Assembly: GCF_902652985.1 (NCBI RefSeq)
Contig: NC_047021.1
Location: 35,154,001 to 35,218,000 of the forward strand
Reading direction: 5' to 3'
Source: Pecten maximus
Taxonomy: Eukaryota
DNA length: 64,000 nucleotides
Part shown: piece by piece, positions 1 to 12,908 of the stretch
Layout: every line of letters begins with the position of its first letter
How positions within the stretch are numbered: the stretch's first letter is position 1
Notes under the pieces: model-generated
The model's database searches: none
Told to the model about the DNA's origin: nothing
The model's input: only the letters and a program-made list of their open reading frames with translations
Translations under genes and position numbers: made by a program

Positions 1-110
1 TATAAATTATCAAATATATGTGAATATTGTTTATCTTAATTACTTATTGCGATAAATTCTGAATTCATATTGTAAAAAATGGTGTTTTAAGATATCGTTT
101 CATATAACAA

Positions 111-249
111 AACAGTTATTGACTTTGTTTAAGTTAATGAAAGGAATTGTAACCTTCGAAAGGTGATAGTTTCCTCGGCCTCTGGCCTCGGGGAATATCT
201 CTCAGGTTAACAATCGTTGTATTAACCTAAAGAAAGTAAATAATTATTG
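111..249. mobile_element. Degenerate palindromic (fold-back) MITE-like element
   Basis: aacagttattgactttgtttaagttaat...aacct (111-155) pairs imperfectly with aggttaacaat...attaacctaaagaaagtaaataattatt (204-249) around a GC-rich centre ttcctcggcctctggcctcggggaa. Confidence 0.55.
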
Positions 250-1270
250 TGTAATACTGACCTCCAAATGACCATGTTTTTATTTATGATAACGAGGAAA
301 ATCGGACCATATCTAATATATTTAAATATAAATTTGAATATAGCACCTATTCCTTCCCATAATACTATACATTAAAAGTTTCAGCTCATTAAATGGAAAA
401 ATGAATTTGTAGTAGTTTTTTTTTTTTTTTTTTTTTTTACATATTTTTGTAGCGGGTGTAAACTTCATATTAAGTGAAAAGGGCCCGGGGTTTGTTCTTC
501 AGATAAATTTATAAGATTGAAAAGATTAAAGCATTCTGAAACATACAATAAAGGATAATAAAGATCTACATGTATCTCTCAAATCATGCACACACAATGC
601 GCACTCGATATAGACGAATCCCTGACAATACCAAGCGAAATGATATTCTTTCAATTTGCTTTATTTACACAGATAGATCAACACTAAAACAGCAACATCA
701 GATAATCTATTTGAATGTTTCTGCAGATCTATACATCCGCTTACATACTAATGCCGTGCAGTGGAGAAATATATAAAAATATTTGCACAAAATTAACACC
801 AAACAACGTAAGTAATAGTCAACTACCAACTTTTACGCTAAAATAACATACATTTATGTCTAAATCTTCATCACGATAACAAAGTCACGACTAAGCTATG
901 TTTTGGCTACCTATAATGAGTCGCAAGTATATATCAAGAACAACAGAGAAGAACTGTTTCCAGTAAATGTCATTTTATTAAATGACGCATAACATGGCAG
1001 ACATGGTAACAACAATGTCAGCCATGCTGCCTAAACATATTTACAACACAAACAGTATCTTCATATTATATACAACATAAACAATATCTTCATATTATAT
1101 AGCCAAAAAGGTGGAGCACAAAATACGCCACAGGACTGTAATGATGTAAGTCATTTCAGGCCCGCGCCATCTCGGGTTGGGCATAGTATCGCCATAACGG
1201 TTCAAGCCGACTATCACACTAGTGACGTCACAGCTTATAACCAGTCTATAGCGACACCAGTACCAGTGCT

Positions 1271-1521
1271 TGGTTTGGTTTGTTTTTGTTTAACGTCCTA
1301 TTAACAGCCAGGGTCATTTAAGAACGTGCCAGGTTTTGGAGGTGGAGGAAAGCCGGAGTACCCGGAGAAAAACCACCGGCCTACGGTCAGTACCTGGCAA
1401 CTGCCCCACGTAGGTTTCGAACTCGCAACCCAGAGGTGGAGGGCTATTGTTAAAGTGTCGGGAAACTTTAACTGCCCCACGTAGTGTCGGGACACTTTAA
1501 CCACTATGCCACCGCGGCCCC
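1271..1521 (-). mobile_element. tRNA-derived SINE (V-domain-like core), with internal rearrangement
   Basis: Minus strand starts GGGGCCGCGGTGGCATAGTGGTTAA (A box), has GGTTCGAAACC (B box), core TTTTCTCCGGGTACTCCGGCTTTCCTCCACC and an AAAC-type tail. Flanked by target-site duplication agt(a/c)ccagtgct (1259-1270, 1523-1534). Same family as 28321 and 51650. Confidence 0.85.
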
Positions 1522-2085
1522 TAGTCCCAGTGCTGATTGGCTATTGACAGACAAAGAAACATAGCCAGAATTGACGGGTTTTATCTCAGGAAAGAGAAAC
1601 GGTTTTAGATAAAGTTTCCGATAGCTTCTAATGTTAAAGCAAACGGGTACACAGTTCAAATATCAAAGATCATTTAGCGTTCACTTTAAAGTAACACATT
1701 GATTAGAAAAATTGTGCAAAAATATTGTTTTAACATCCCTTTTCCTGATGGGTATACCCTGTGCCTCTACAATATTGACATTACGTAACTGAATTGATAT
1801 TTAAATGTTCCTTCAGGATATCACGAAAAATACTGACTGCTTACATATTACATATTTCCTGTCACGAATAACTAAATATGTTCTCATTATTATTTACTAT
1901 AGAAGATTCGCAGGTAACAATGCAGATTGTTTTGAATAACCCAAATGCTATTGAAGGTAATTGATTCGTATGTAAACAGATCTCTAATTTACATTTAATG
2001 AGAACCATATTCTCAGACCACTTAAAAACAATATTGACTGGAAAAAGAGGTAGGTAAGGATATTTAAATACTTTCGTATATATAC

Positions 2086-2257
2086 CTGATTTAGGAAACG
2101 TACACAGCAACACGTCATCTGGACGGAGGACTAATGACGAAACTTGCTTAAGATGATCTTCTACGTTTCCCGGAAACCTTGGATGAAATTTCAAACCTTT
2201 GTAAAGTTTGAAACGAAATATATTCCCATTATTGTCCCTTTCTTCCATTTTCTGCAT
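2086..2257 (-). CDS. Cytosolic sulfotransferase (SULT1-like), first coding exon; remaining exons not found in window
   Basis: MQKMEERD...LRPDDVLLCTFPKSG followed by a GT donor at 2085. This is the start of the PAPS 5'-PSB motif, with the same phase-1 intron position as the other SULT copies. Confidence 0.8.
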
Positions 2258-3559
2258 CGTGAAGTGAAGACGTGTATAGTCTGTTTTCACAGGTAGCTGC
2301 AATACTCATTGGCTAAAATATGACTACGTGGCGATCAATACTTTGAGATTAACACGATGTTTTTATTTTTAGAAACAAAGAGTCAATTTTACGTTTATAT
2401 TGTTATCATGAGTGTTACATCGCTATGATCCAATGTGAATTTCTTGTTATCAAGATGAATGTTATGCAAATCAACCCTTCTGCAAGCAAGTCTCGTATCT
2501 TAAATTAAGGACCTTCGATTCGGTCAATATGATATTATACAGTATAATAAGGTCCATAACTGATAAATATGCAACAAGTCCTACTATTGATTATTATTTC
2601 ACGCTCACAGACTCCTGACAAAATTAAAGTTATCTACTGCATACAATTATCGGTATATTATGTCTTAAGTAACAGCTGAACTAGTACGTTGTACTGTAAA
2701 CTGATAGAGTGTCACTGTCTCATTATTAATATATGTTAATCGTATGTGATTATCATTAACAATAGCAGTTTCTACGGAGTCCTAGATACTGGTTTGACTT
2801 AACCAGTGCGAACTTGGGAGAAACCGTTCAAACCCGAGTAGTGAAAAAGGGAAACTTGTAAGGGCGTTGTGCAAAATTTCCAACTGAAGATTAATGTACT
2901 ATTTCAGGAACTTGCTGGAATCGACATACATTGGAAAAGGAATTTAATTACAAAAATACCACATTTTAACAAGACTCTTTTTTAAAGACCTTTTAAGCCT
3001 TTCATCCTAGGAAATTTGCGTTTCCACAAATACCATTTTGCCTAATCATATATTGTCTTTGACGCAATGATTAATCTTCAGTGTTTCACTGTAGATAAGG
3101 TGATTATGACATATTGATTACAACGTAAAGCTGTGCGATGTTTGCTTAACATTTAACATACGACATTCAAACTCTGAATGTTGAATGGCGAACGTCAATC
3201 TGTAGAACATTTAAATGTTAATTGTTGAATAGCGAACGCCGGTCTGTACAATATTATAACTCTGAAAGCCGAGCTACACAACATCAAAATTATGAAAGTT
3301 TAATGTTTTATGTCGAACTGCGCAATATTCAAATTCTGAATAATGAATGTCTTATTCTTATGGGCTTATAGTACATGCACCATATGGCCAAATCGCGTTT
3401 ACGTTAACAGCCGGGTTGATCTACTCTCGGTACCGAAAAGGTACAACTTATCAGCGGGGAAAGACAAAAAAGGGCTGGGGCTTGGACTGCATCCGTTTTT
3501 ATACAATTAGAAGCAACACCCATAATCAGATATATTATATATTGTTTGTAGTGTTCAAA

Positions 3560-5320
3560 ATGCAGACAAAAATATCGAAAGACTCTCAAGCCAACACTCT
3601 TCGGTTCAAACCTTATAAAAGGTTGAAATTCTATCCCTACATACGTAGAAGACAAACTGAAGGATGTGTCTTCATTACATCTCCGACCAGATGATGTGTT
3701 GTTATTTCATTTCCTAAATCAGATTATAGAGCAATTAATTTCTATTAATATTCTATGCATTTGTATCACCAGGAATATATAAATATAAACACAATGATAT
3801 TAGATTTATATTCATCATTATATTGAATCTTAAGAAACTAACGTCAATAAATACTAAGAATGGGTAAATTTTTTTCTTTGTAACGTCACAATACACAATA
3901 AACAGTATTGTTGATTTTATAGTTATTTTATATCATCTTTAAAATTAGGAAATAAGGGTAAGATTGTTAATCATTTTAACTCGTGTGATACTTCACCGAT
4001 TTTTAACAAGTTGAAATGTCTTTTTTTCATATCCATCGCTAAAAGGGCCCAAGTTAAATAATTAACATTTGAAAGACCTTTTTAACAATGCATGGGTTAT
4101 TTTTGCGGCAAAACTACATTGCTCCTCCATACTAATTGTAACATTGCCGTATCGTTTCAGAGGAACACATTGGCTATATAACATGATACAAATGATACGA
4201 ACAGAATCTTTGAAGTATCAAGGGACACCTTACATGATCGAATTTCATCCATCTAAGCGAGATTGACCAGCTTGATTCTCCCCGAACGCTCCACACACAC
4301 ATTACCTACCCACTGATCCCAGCAATGGCAAGACTGGATAAAGTGAAGATAGTCCATGTTCTACGAAATCCAAAATGACACGATAACATCTTATTATGAA
4401 CACTATTAGCGATACTTTAATGGCTTTTTCAATTTTGTCTATCGGACGAGTGTGTGTACCCTTCAATAGCTTTGTTTTATATTATATGTTCAGTTTAAGT
4501 TTAATTAATTCGGTATAACACCGAATGCGCTTACTGAAGTAAAACGCTATATTTACAAGCTTGACAAAATGTAATTTTTATCATTTAATTTGATTTCTGT
4601 AATCTTAACAGAACTGATAATATTTCCCCTTTGTTTTGTTTACTTATCTAATACATACCTCAACAGGTTTAGAATAAACAATTACTTTCTATAAATTTGA
4701 TTTCTTTAAATGCAATTTTCCGTTTTGAAATTAAGATCATCTTTAACATAAAAAATAAATAAATAAAAAAAATGAACATTGCGGTTTTCTTGTTATTTTA
4801 GATGGACTTTTGGTGGAAGTTGGTTTTCGTACGTAAAGTGAATTGGAGAAGGCCAAACTCTCGGATCAGAAACTAAACGTTCTCTTTCTGGAACACGAAG
4901 ATATCAAACAGGTTTGTTGACGGAAGCACCTATGTTGCTATGTGCTTATATATATATCCGGAGCATTTTTATAGCATAACTGTAATAAAGTACATAATGC
5001 TTCGATCTACCGATGAACAAAGTCTAACTCCTCTGGAATATTTCATTACAAACGACATTACATAAATAATTGTGGAACTAAAGAATACCACCAAAAGTAA
5101 ACATTAACTTTCCAGAATCTTTACGGCTCCATCACTAGATTAGTAGAGTTCCTCCAGCTGAATTGATCGGAATCTTTACGGCTCCATCACTAGCTTGGTA
5201 GAATTCCTTCAGCTGAATTGATCAGAATCTTTTTTGAGCGAAGTGGGAAGAGCAGTTGAATTTGCAAAGTTGAAAAAGAAGCATGAACACGAGGCAGGAG
5301 AAACCTATATTTGGAAAGCC
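3560..5320 (+). pseudogene. Sulfotransferase pseudogene, inverted relative to the other SULT copies
   Basis: Remnants of exons 1-4 (ATG 3560; GTHWLYNMIQMIRTESLKYQGTPYMIEFHP from ~4163; exon 3 ~4802-4911; exon 4 ~5116-5320). Multiple frameshifts, lost exon-1 donor, ~55-bp tandem duplication in exon 4, exon 5 absent. Confidence 0.88.
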
Positions 5321-5694
5321 AAAGAAAGTGGTCATAATATCTCAGACTGTAGTTTGTAACCAGAAAAAAGAATAGGAAAATATAAAACATTTTAAGAATT
5401 TTCTCATTAATATATATTTTATCAAATAAATTTGGCAACAGGATGTTCCTATACAAGCACATGAAGTCCAAAATATTGGCCATACATGTAGAATATATTT
5501 GTTATTATGAAAAAATAAAATTACGCATATGATTTGTATACATTTTATCCAGATTTCTGGAAAAAAATTGCACCTGTGTACTTCATATTTCACAGGCAAT
5601 ATCGGTTATAAGTGTAACCAGGTGATCAGCTAATAATTTCGGTTTGAGAATTTCTTTGTGTTAATAAGCATTGAGAAATATCACAATAAAAATG

Positions 5695-5766
5695 AGGGGA
5701 CACCCGGGTTCGAACCAGGGACCTCTCGATCTGCAGTCGAATGCTCTACCACTGAGCTATATCCCC
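5695..5766 (-). tRNA. tRNA-Cys (GCA), intact
   Basis: Reverse complement GGGGATATAGCTCAGTGGTAGAGCATTCGACTGCAGATCGAGAGGTCCCTGGTTCGAACCCGGGTGTCCCCT: 72 nt cloverleaf, GCA anticodon, A and B boxes, T5 Pol III terminator just downstream. Confidence 0.96.
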
Positions 5767-6154
5767 TTCATATTTAACATTACCAAGTATGCAAATTTAT
5801 TTATGAATACTTTTCTGATGCAATATGCTTCAACATGTGAAATAGTATCAACATATAAATTTGAAAAATAGAAGATAATAAAGGATAATAACTATGTTTT
5901 TTCAATGAAAACTTAAGTCTTTTCGATTTGAATGTGTCAAATGGTAATGGTTTGAGTGTTTAGATAGACATCATTTATTTTTCCATTAATTTGGACGATT
6001 TCTATTATTACTATGTGATTACTGAACAATAGATGACCTGTCGTGTTTTCTACTGACAATAACAAACACACACGTGATGTGTGTGTTTACCATTCTCTAT
6101 AACACCGAGCGGACAGTACACTGTCAACTACTTCAATCACCTCGAAGATCATAT

Positions 6155-6455
6155 ACAAGTCGTCTGCTGACGAGGCATACCAGAATCTAAATCGTACACA
6201 AGTCGTCTGCTCATAAGGTGTATCAGAATCTAAATCGTACACAAGTTGTCTGCTGATGAGCTACTTCATATTCTATAAATACACCTGACTGTGACGTCAG
6301 AGATCGTACACCAGTCGTCTGCTGACGAGACACTACGCAGTCTATAACTACACCTGACTGTGACGTCAGACATCGAACCCAAGTCGTCTGCTGACGAGAC
6401 ACTACGCAGTCTATAAATATACCTGACTGTGACGTTAGAAATCGCACACCAGTCG
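6155..6455. repeat. Compound minisatellite (~44-bp units then ~3 x 69-bp units)
   Basis: gtcgtctgctgacgaga recurs at 6314 and 6383 (69-bp period). Units contain ctataa and TGACGTCA. Confidence 0.8.
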
Positions 6456-7269
6456 TTTTAAGTATTATGTATAAATAGCTGAGAAGTGTCCAGGTGGACA
6501 GAGAGGACAGGAGGACACAGAGTTATCAATGTGATATTGTAGTAGTGTTAGATTTGTGTTACGCTTGATATACTTTGATTTGGTCTAGTTTGATATCGAA
6601 ACGATGCATCAACTTAATTGGAAGTATATATATTGCAGAGCGATTCTCATTTTCAAATATTGTGGAGCTGAAAAAATGACAGTTTATTATATCTTTTCTG
6701 AGAGACGTCGATCATTACAAAATTGATCTTGATATTGATTTATTCTCCCGTTAAAAATATTGTATTCAAAAGAATTATAGGATGATTAAGAAAATTGAAA
6801 AAAAAAAGAATATTTGGAAAAATCTGTATTTGTTTAAAAGTATGGCTAACTTTTTAGAAGTGTCCTTCAAGTGCCCATGGTCAGGACAATAAGACCTTGG
6901 ACTCGTAAATAGCCACGTCCAATGTCACAAGGAAACAAAGGACGTGAGCTATGACGTATTTGCGTACAAAAGGTCACACGGGTACCTCCTGTTTCTGTCG
7001 GAGTGTGTCTCGACCCCTATATCGCCGGGGAAGAGAAATAGTGGATGGGATTTACGTGATGAAAGCAGTGACATGTGTTAAAGGAATTGAGATAGATTGT
7101 GATACATCAAAAACTGGAAGACAGGAAAAAGTAATGAAGGTTGAGAATGAAATAGAAAACAACGGAAATGTCGAGGATGAAAACAGTGACGATCCAATTA
7201 GATGACACGATTTATTAAAACTGTTAAGGTACCAATTACTCTTAAATATTATATCCGGAAGCGATCATT

Positions 7270-7660
7270 TGTTTACTACACGATCACCACTTGGATTACT
7301 GATAATGCGAACCAAAATCTGAAGATTGTTTTGTTGACGACTTGTAAACGTTGGACGTATTGTAAGGATACAACCATTAATAAATAACATATCTAATGGT
7401 GAATTCGAGATTTTGAAGGTTTAATAAAAACCGTATACTTCTGCAGCCTAGCTGGAAGATTGGAAGACACACGAATCAGTCATGAGCGGGTCTGTCCGGA
7501 TAGCAGGATAACGAATCAGAATAGCATATACTGGCTGTTGTAGTTTGGGATAATGCATTGAAAAAAGTCATGATCTTGACGAAGGTTACTATGATATAAG
7601 CAAACGTGTTAACTTTAAGAAAGGTAGATTAATTAAAATGGAAATTTTGAACCTTAATTC
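7270..7660 (+). pseudogene. Possible decayed RPA1-like OB-fold/zinc-ribbon coding fragment
   Basis: Manual translation across stops and frameshifts gives ITDNANQNLKIVL...AYTGCCSLG*C-(L)KKVM / DLDEGYY, reminiscent of the RPA70 DBD-C motif YxACxxxxCxKKVxxxxxGxY. Confidence 0.3.
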
Positions 7661-7811
7661 AAATATCCCCGGAAATATATTTCATACATTACAAGAAGCA
7701 GAAAAAGAAACTGATACATGTATATCAATTACCAGAACCAAATGCTGTACATCCACTACGTAACATATATAAAGGAACTACCCTCCCATATTTAGGCCCC
7801 GCTATGACGTC

Positions 7812-7891
7812 AGGTCCTGGTTTCATCAACGTTCTTTAACTTCATTAACAATTTCCTTAGGGAAGCAAAACGGAATTAAAAGGGAAAATTT

Positions 7892-7931
<40 letters not shown>

Positions 7932-8019
7932 GGAATCTTAGTTAAGCAAACTTCCTTAAATTCTCTAATTCTTTAATTAGAAAAACAATAAGTTAAGAAA
8001 TATTGATGAAATTGGCCCC
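7812..8019. mobile_element. MITE with ~30-bp imperfect TIRs (PIF/Harbinger-like termini) and central poly-G
   Basis: aggtcctggtttcatcaacgttctttaactt matches the reverse complement of aagttaagaaatattgatgaaattggcccc. Confidence 0.55.
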
Positions 8020-10684
8020 GTGTCGTTAATATAAAGTATAAAGTTACATTCGATATATACATATAGTTATGTAAATAGAATGATTTATATGTGTCAAGTG
8101 ATTAGTATTTTATAGTTTGGTTCATAGTTTTGTTTCCTTCTTCCTTGCGTTTGATAATATTCATATAAAGAGTATGAAGTACATTTTGTGAATATATAAG
8201 ACATTTTGTATGTTTAGTTTATGAAATATATGCATTTGATTGTATCTTAAGCCGAAAGAATACTTACAAAAAATTCTACCATATAATTTGTGTGATGTAA
8301 TTTACATACTGTTAAACCAAATCGTGTGTACTCATGATGTGAATATTGTGTAATATATTTGTATACTTATAAGTCAAATAGTAAATATATTAGTTTGTGT
8401 AATACCTTATGTGGTATTATATGTATAAGCCGTATGCTATATGTAAATGCTTATATTGAAAAACGGTCATTATTCGCATGTGTGAAAAATAACGAATAAT
8501 TAAGTAATCTTGTGTAACATAAGTTGATACTTCATGAGGTAAATAATCTGTTTTTATATCATCTTTCTAGCTATGTAAGTTGGAGGTTCATAAAAATTTA
8601 GAAAAAAATAATTTAGCAGACAAAGTTAAATAGCCGAAAAATCTAATGATGAACATATGTCAAAATAATATTAAGTTTGTCTCTGGGAATAATTTTGGGT
8701 CAAAATCGTGATATCTCCAAATTTCTTATGTTTTTTGAAGTGGTTACGTTGGTTTTCACAGGTCTTAAACCTTCACAGCTGTATTAAAATTGCATTTGTT
8801 GTATCGATCAATATACTTAAGTATAGGTAATATATAGGGCTAGCTTGCTATGCTTCCATACCTTAAACAGGTAGTGGGAATGAACTTTGTGACAGTAAAG
8901 TGAGGGGGTATGACCACAAGTGCTCTATACGGCTGTAACAGCTCGAATGACGCTATGGCCTACACATCGTGTATATATTCACCACTACCCCACATGTAAC
9001 CTACTGTGCGTGCTACTGATATTTCACCACAAAGGTCACTATCCACGCCTGACACCCTTGCGTACTCAAGCACCTTAGTAACCCCGGTGATCCCGTACCA
9101 TTGATAAATACAATAAAATTCCCAAACCTAAAATAAAAGCTGCGAATAACTTGTTGTCACTGTCAGCTTTATACTAATACAAAGAAGTTTCAAATCAGTA
9201 ACAGTAACAATTTCACTGCACAACAGTTGTGAAAAATAAGTTTTTTCCAGAAATCTGGATTTGAAAGTGTACGCACAATAACAGTAATTTTAATGGGGTT
9301 TTGAATAATCCTCGAAAAAATGTATTTTGAGGAATTCAAAAGTAGTAATATATAACAAATAGAATATTAAATGGAACATTTAGTAATAACGAATATATAC
9401 TACTTGTATGATCATTGTTTTACACCTCATTTGAAAGGGCTTGTATAGGCATAGCCCGCTGCCCAGCTCTCGTTAATTTTTTATGTTTAGTTTTTTTCTT
9501 AATATTTTCAAAAACCAAAACCAAAACCAAAAAAATGTATAATGGTATCTTTTGTACTGTGTACTCGTAAAAAATACCAAATATTGGCCGTCCCGTTACT
9601 CGTCTAATATGTAACTTAATAAAGACATTATTACAAATCCTCTATATCACTCGTTTTTCCTTCATATTTTTCATGCAATGAAATTGAAGAGCGTAATTCA
9701 CTCGAAAAGTATAATATTCTGATTTACAATCAGACTCGTTTAACAAGTAACACATCAATTTGATTGATTCTTTTCTGCGAAACTTTTTTTCTTCAAACAA
9801 ACCATCACGTGGTGACTATCGTGTTGAACGCTGATGTTGATATGTTATTGAGAAGAGTGGATATTGCAACTTTTACAATTTTAAAAACATAACATTGTTA
9901 CTGTAATGAAAAAGAAGTCAAAATGTTATTCTAGAATATTTTATTGTATACGTCTTACACAGATAGAAAGGTGGAAAGTTTGGTAGAAATTAGCAATAAA
10001 AAATTAAGCCATTACCATGTTCAAAATTCCATGTATTAATAAAACAAAATCTAAAAATGTCTTAAATTTTCTGATTCTTATTTCCGTTAGAAACTACAGT
10101 CTGTGGTATCATAAGCATTCCTCTAAAAGTATGAATTTGTTATTATGAACTCGTTTTACTCCACTCTCATGAACTATAACAAACCTGATTTGCACTCTAG
10201 TTTGATTTCTTGTTTTTAGTAATAATATAACAACCTCTTCTGTATATGAATATCATCACAGTTTTTTTTTACAGTTTTTTTATTTTCATTTAGCGAAGTA
10301 ACAAAAACGTTCTCTTTACATACTTATCCCAGATACTTATATATGATTCAAATATAATATATGGTAATAAAATATACCTATCTTTTCTACTGGATATGCC
10401 TCATTCTGTGTAAATTGGATATCAATTTCATCAAGTAAAAATATTTAACATTTGCCTTGTATTTCTGTCTCATATCTATCTTTCTAGTTCCTAAATGGTA
10501 CAAAAAAAAAAAAAAGAAAAAAAAAAGGGTAACATGTTATACTTAAGTATTACTTAAATATTAAACCGTTTAAATTTGAGACTGTTGAAACCGTCGAAAT
10601 GTTTCCCACGTCAGCCCTTAGTACTTAATGTAAACTGATATAGCTTGTTTCGCGACTGTTTCAATGCAAGGAGACTGAGTATTA

Positions 10685-12683
10685 TCATTCATATAAAAAG
10701 TTGAGGTCGATACCATATTCCGTGACCTCTTTGTTAAGCATGGCGTCAAACTTTTCGTTTTGCGCAACTGTGAAGCAGTTCTTCCAATCGCCTACACATC
10801 CTGGAAAAAAAAAAGATAATTTGATAAAATACTGTCCATATGTCTGACTGTCGATATTACAAACTTTCTATAATGCTTAAACGTCTATAACATTATACAC
10901 AAAATTGGACAAAAAGGTTTGTTTAATGATAGTTTCAATGTCTACATATATTACCTTTCCTGTAAATAGGTAATCGCCCGCCATTGCCAAAGGAATTCCA
11001 AATCTTAGTTTCTCCTGCCTTGGTTTCATGCTCCTTTTGCAAATTTGCGAATTCAACTGCCGTTTTCACTTCGCATAAAAACGATTCTGGTCGATTTAGC
11101 TGGAGGAATTCTACCAACCTGGTGATGGTGCCGTACAGGTTCTGGAAAATGAGCGTTTACTTTTGGTTTAAATTTATAGTTGTACAATCATCAAATGTGT
11201 CGTTTTTAATAAGATATTCAAGAAAGTTTCTATGTAAACGGTTTAAGACTTCTTAATCGATATATGAAGCATTAGTTACTTAATTACGGCGATGCTATGA
11301 AAATGCTCCTTTATATTTATACAAGAACAGAGGAACATACATGCTTCCGTCGACAAACCTGTTTGATATCTTCATATTTCAGAAAGAGAACGTTTAGTTT
11401 CTGATTCGAGAGTTTGGCTTTCTCCCATTCTCTTACGTACGAAAACCAACTTCCACCAAAGAGTCCAACTATAATAACAAGAAAAATAGCAACGGTTATT
11501 GTTTTGGTGTGTAAAAGATAGTTTTAGATGTAGCTTCAGAACGGAAAATTACATCTTTGGTAAGATAAACGGAAAAATAAAATGTATAGGAAGTATTTTT
11601 TTCATTCTAAATATGTTAAAGAGTATGTGTGAATTAAATAAGTAATGTTTACATAATTTTTCTTTCAAGCTTTGAATCAAACCGTTTCAGTTTATTAATC
11701 ACATTTGGCGTTACACCGAATGACCTTAACTTTAACTTAACAAATAACATAATATAAAATAAAGCTATGGAAGGGTACACACACTCGTCCGATAGACAAA
11801 AGTTGAAAAAGCCATTAAAGTCTCCTTCATATATCGTGCCTACAACTCGCTTATAGTGTTCATAATAAGATACTATGGTGTCCTTTGGATTCCGTAGAAC
11901 ATGTACTATCTTCACTTTGCCCTCTCTTGCCATTGCTGGGATCAGTGGGTAGGTGAGGTGTGTGTGGAGCGTTCGGGGAGAATCAAGCTTGTCAATCTCG
12001 CTTGATGGATGGAATTCGATCATGTAAGGTGTCCCTTGATACTTTAGAGATTCTGTTTGTATCATTTGTATCATGTTATACACCCAGTGTGTTCCTGAAA
12101 CGATACGGCAATGTTACGAATAGTATGGAGGAGCAATGTAGTTTTGTCGCAAAACATAAAAATGTTACGGTGTTCGGTGTATAAAACTATGCTTAACACT
12201 AAACATTTTGTCTATAGAGATAAAAAAAAATCATGTCAACTTGTTAGATATTACTATAGTGCCACATAAGTTTAAAAAAATGACAACTTTATGTTAATAT
12301 CTTAATTTCAATGATAATCAATGAAATCAACGATACTCTTCATGGTGACGTTACAGGGAAAATCATTATCGGATTTTAGGATTTTGTTGACATTAGTTCC
12401 CAAGACACAACATCATAATAAAATAAAATCTTATATCATTATGTATAAATTCACATAAAGTTGGTTATACAAATGTACAGAATACTAGTTGATATAAATC
12501 GCTATATATACCTGATTTAGGAAATGAACATAACAATACATCATCTGGTCTGAGATGTAATGATGACACATCATTCAGTTGGTCTTCTACGTTTCCTGGA
12601 ATGTCGGGATGGAATTTCAATCCTTTGTAAGGTTTGAATCGAAGAGTGTTGCCATGAGAGTCAGTAGAAGTTTGTGGCTTGAT
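10685..12683 (-). pseudogene. Cytosolic sulfotransferase copy L: 5 in-frame coding exons, but start codon is ATC and promoter is replaced
   Basis: Exons 12683-12512, 12094-11783, 11468-11359, 11141-10955, 10800-10685, all GT-AG, total 897 nt (298 aa + stop). Motifs FPKSGTHW, RNPKDTIVSYY, RKGCVGDWKNCFT. The codon that is ATG in the 62106 and 3560 copies is ATC at 12683-12681. Confidence 0.8.
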
Positions 12684-12908
12684 TTTGAACACCTACAAAC
12701 AATATGTAATATATCTGATGACGTAAATGTATTCGCGTGTTCTAGTACAGAAACTGATACAATCCAAACCCCCACCCCTTCTTTTCTGCAATATCTATCT
12801 GTCCCCTTGGCCCTTAAAGTAGACAACACTCTCAAGATGTCCCCGCTGATAAGTTGTACCTTTTCGGTCCCACGAATGGATCAGCCCGGCGATTCTAAAA
12901 TTAGCAAT

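Noticed and set aside
1301-1504. Similar short ORFs at 1301, 28264 and 51661
   Set aside because: Translations of the SINE.
5671-5871. 66-aa ORF (GHPGSNQGPLDLQSNALPLSY)
   Set aside because: Antisense translation of tRNA-Cys.
7893-7930. Long poly-G/poly-C tracts (also ~14812-14846, ~46595-46626)
   Set aside because: They lie inside MITE-like elements and their lengths are unreliable. No independent function is supportable.
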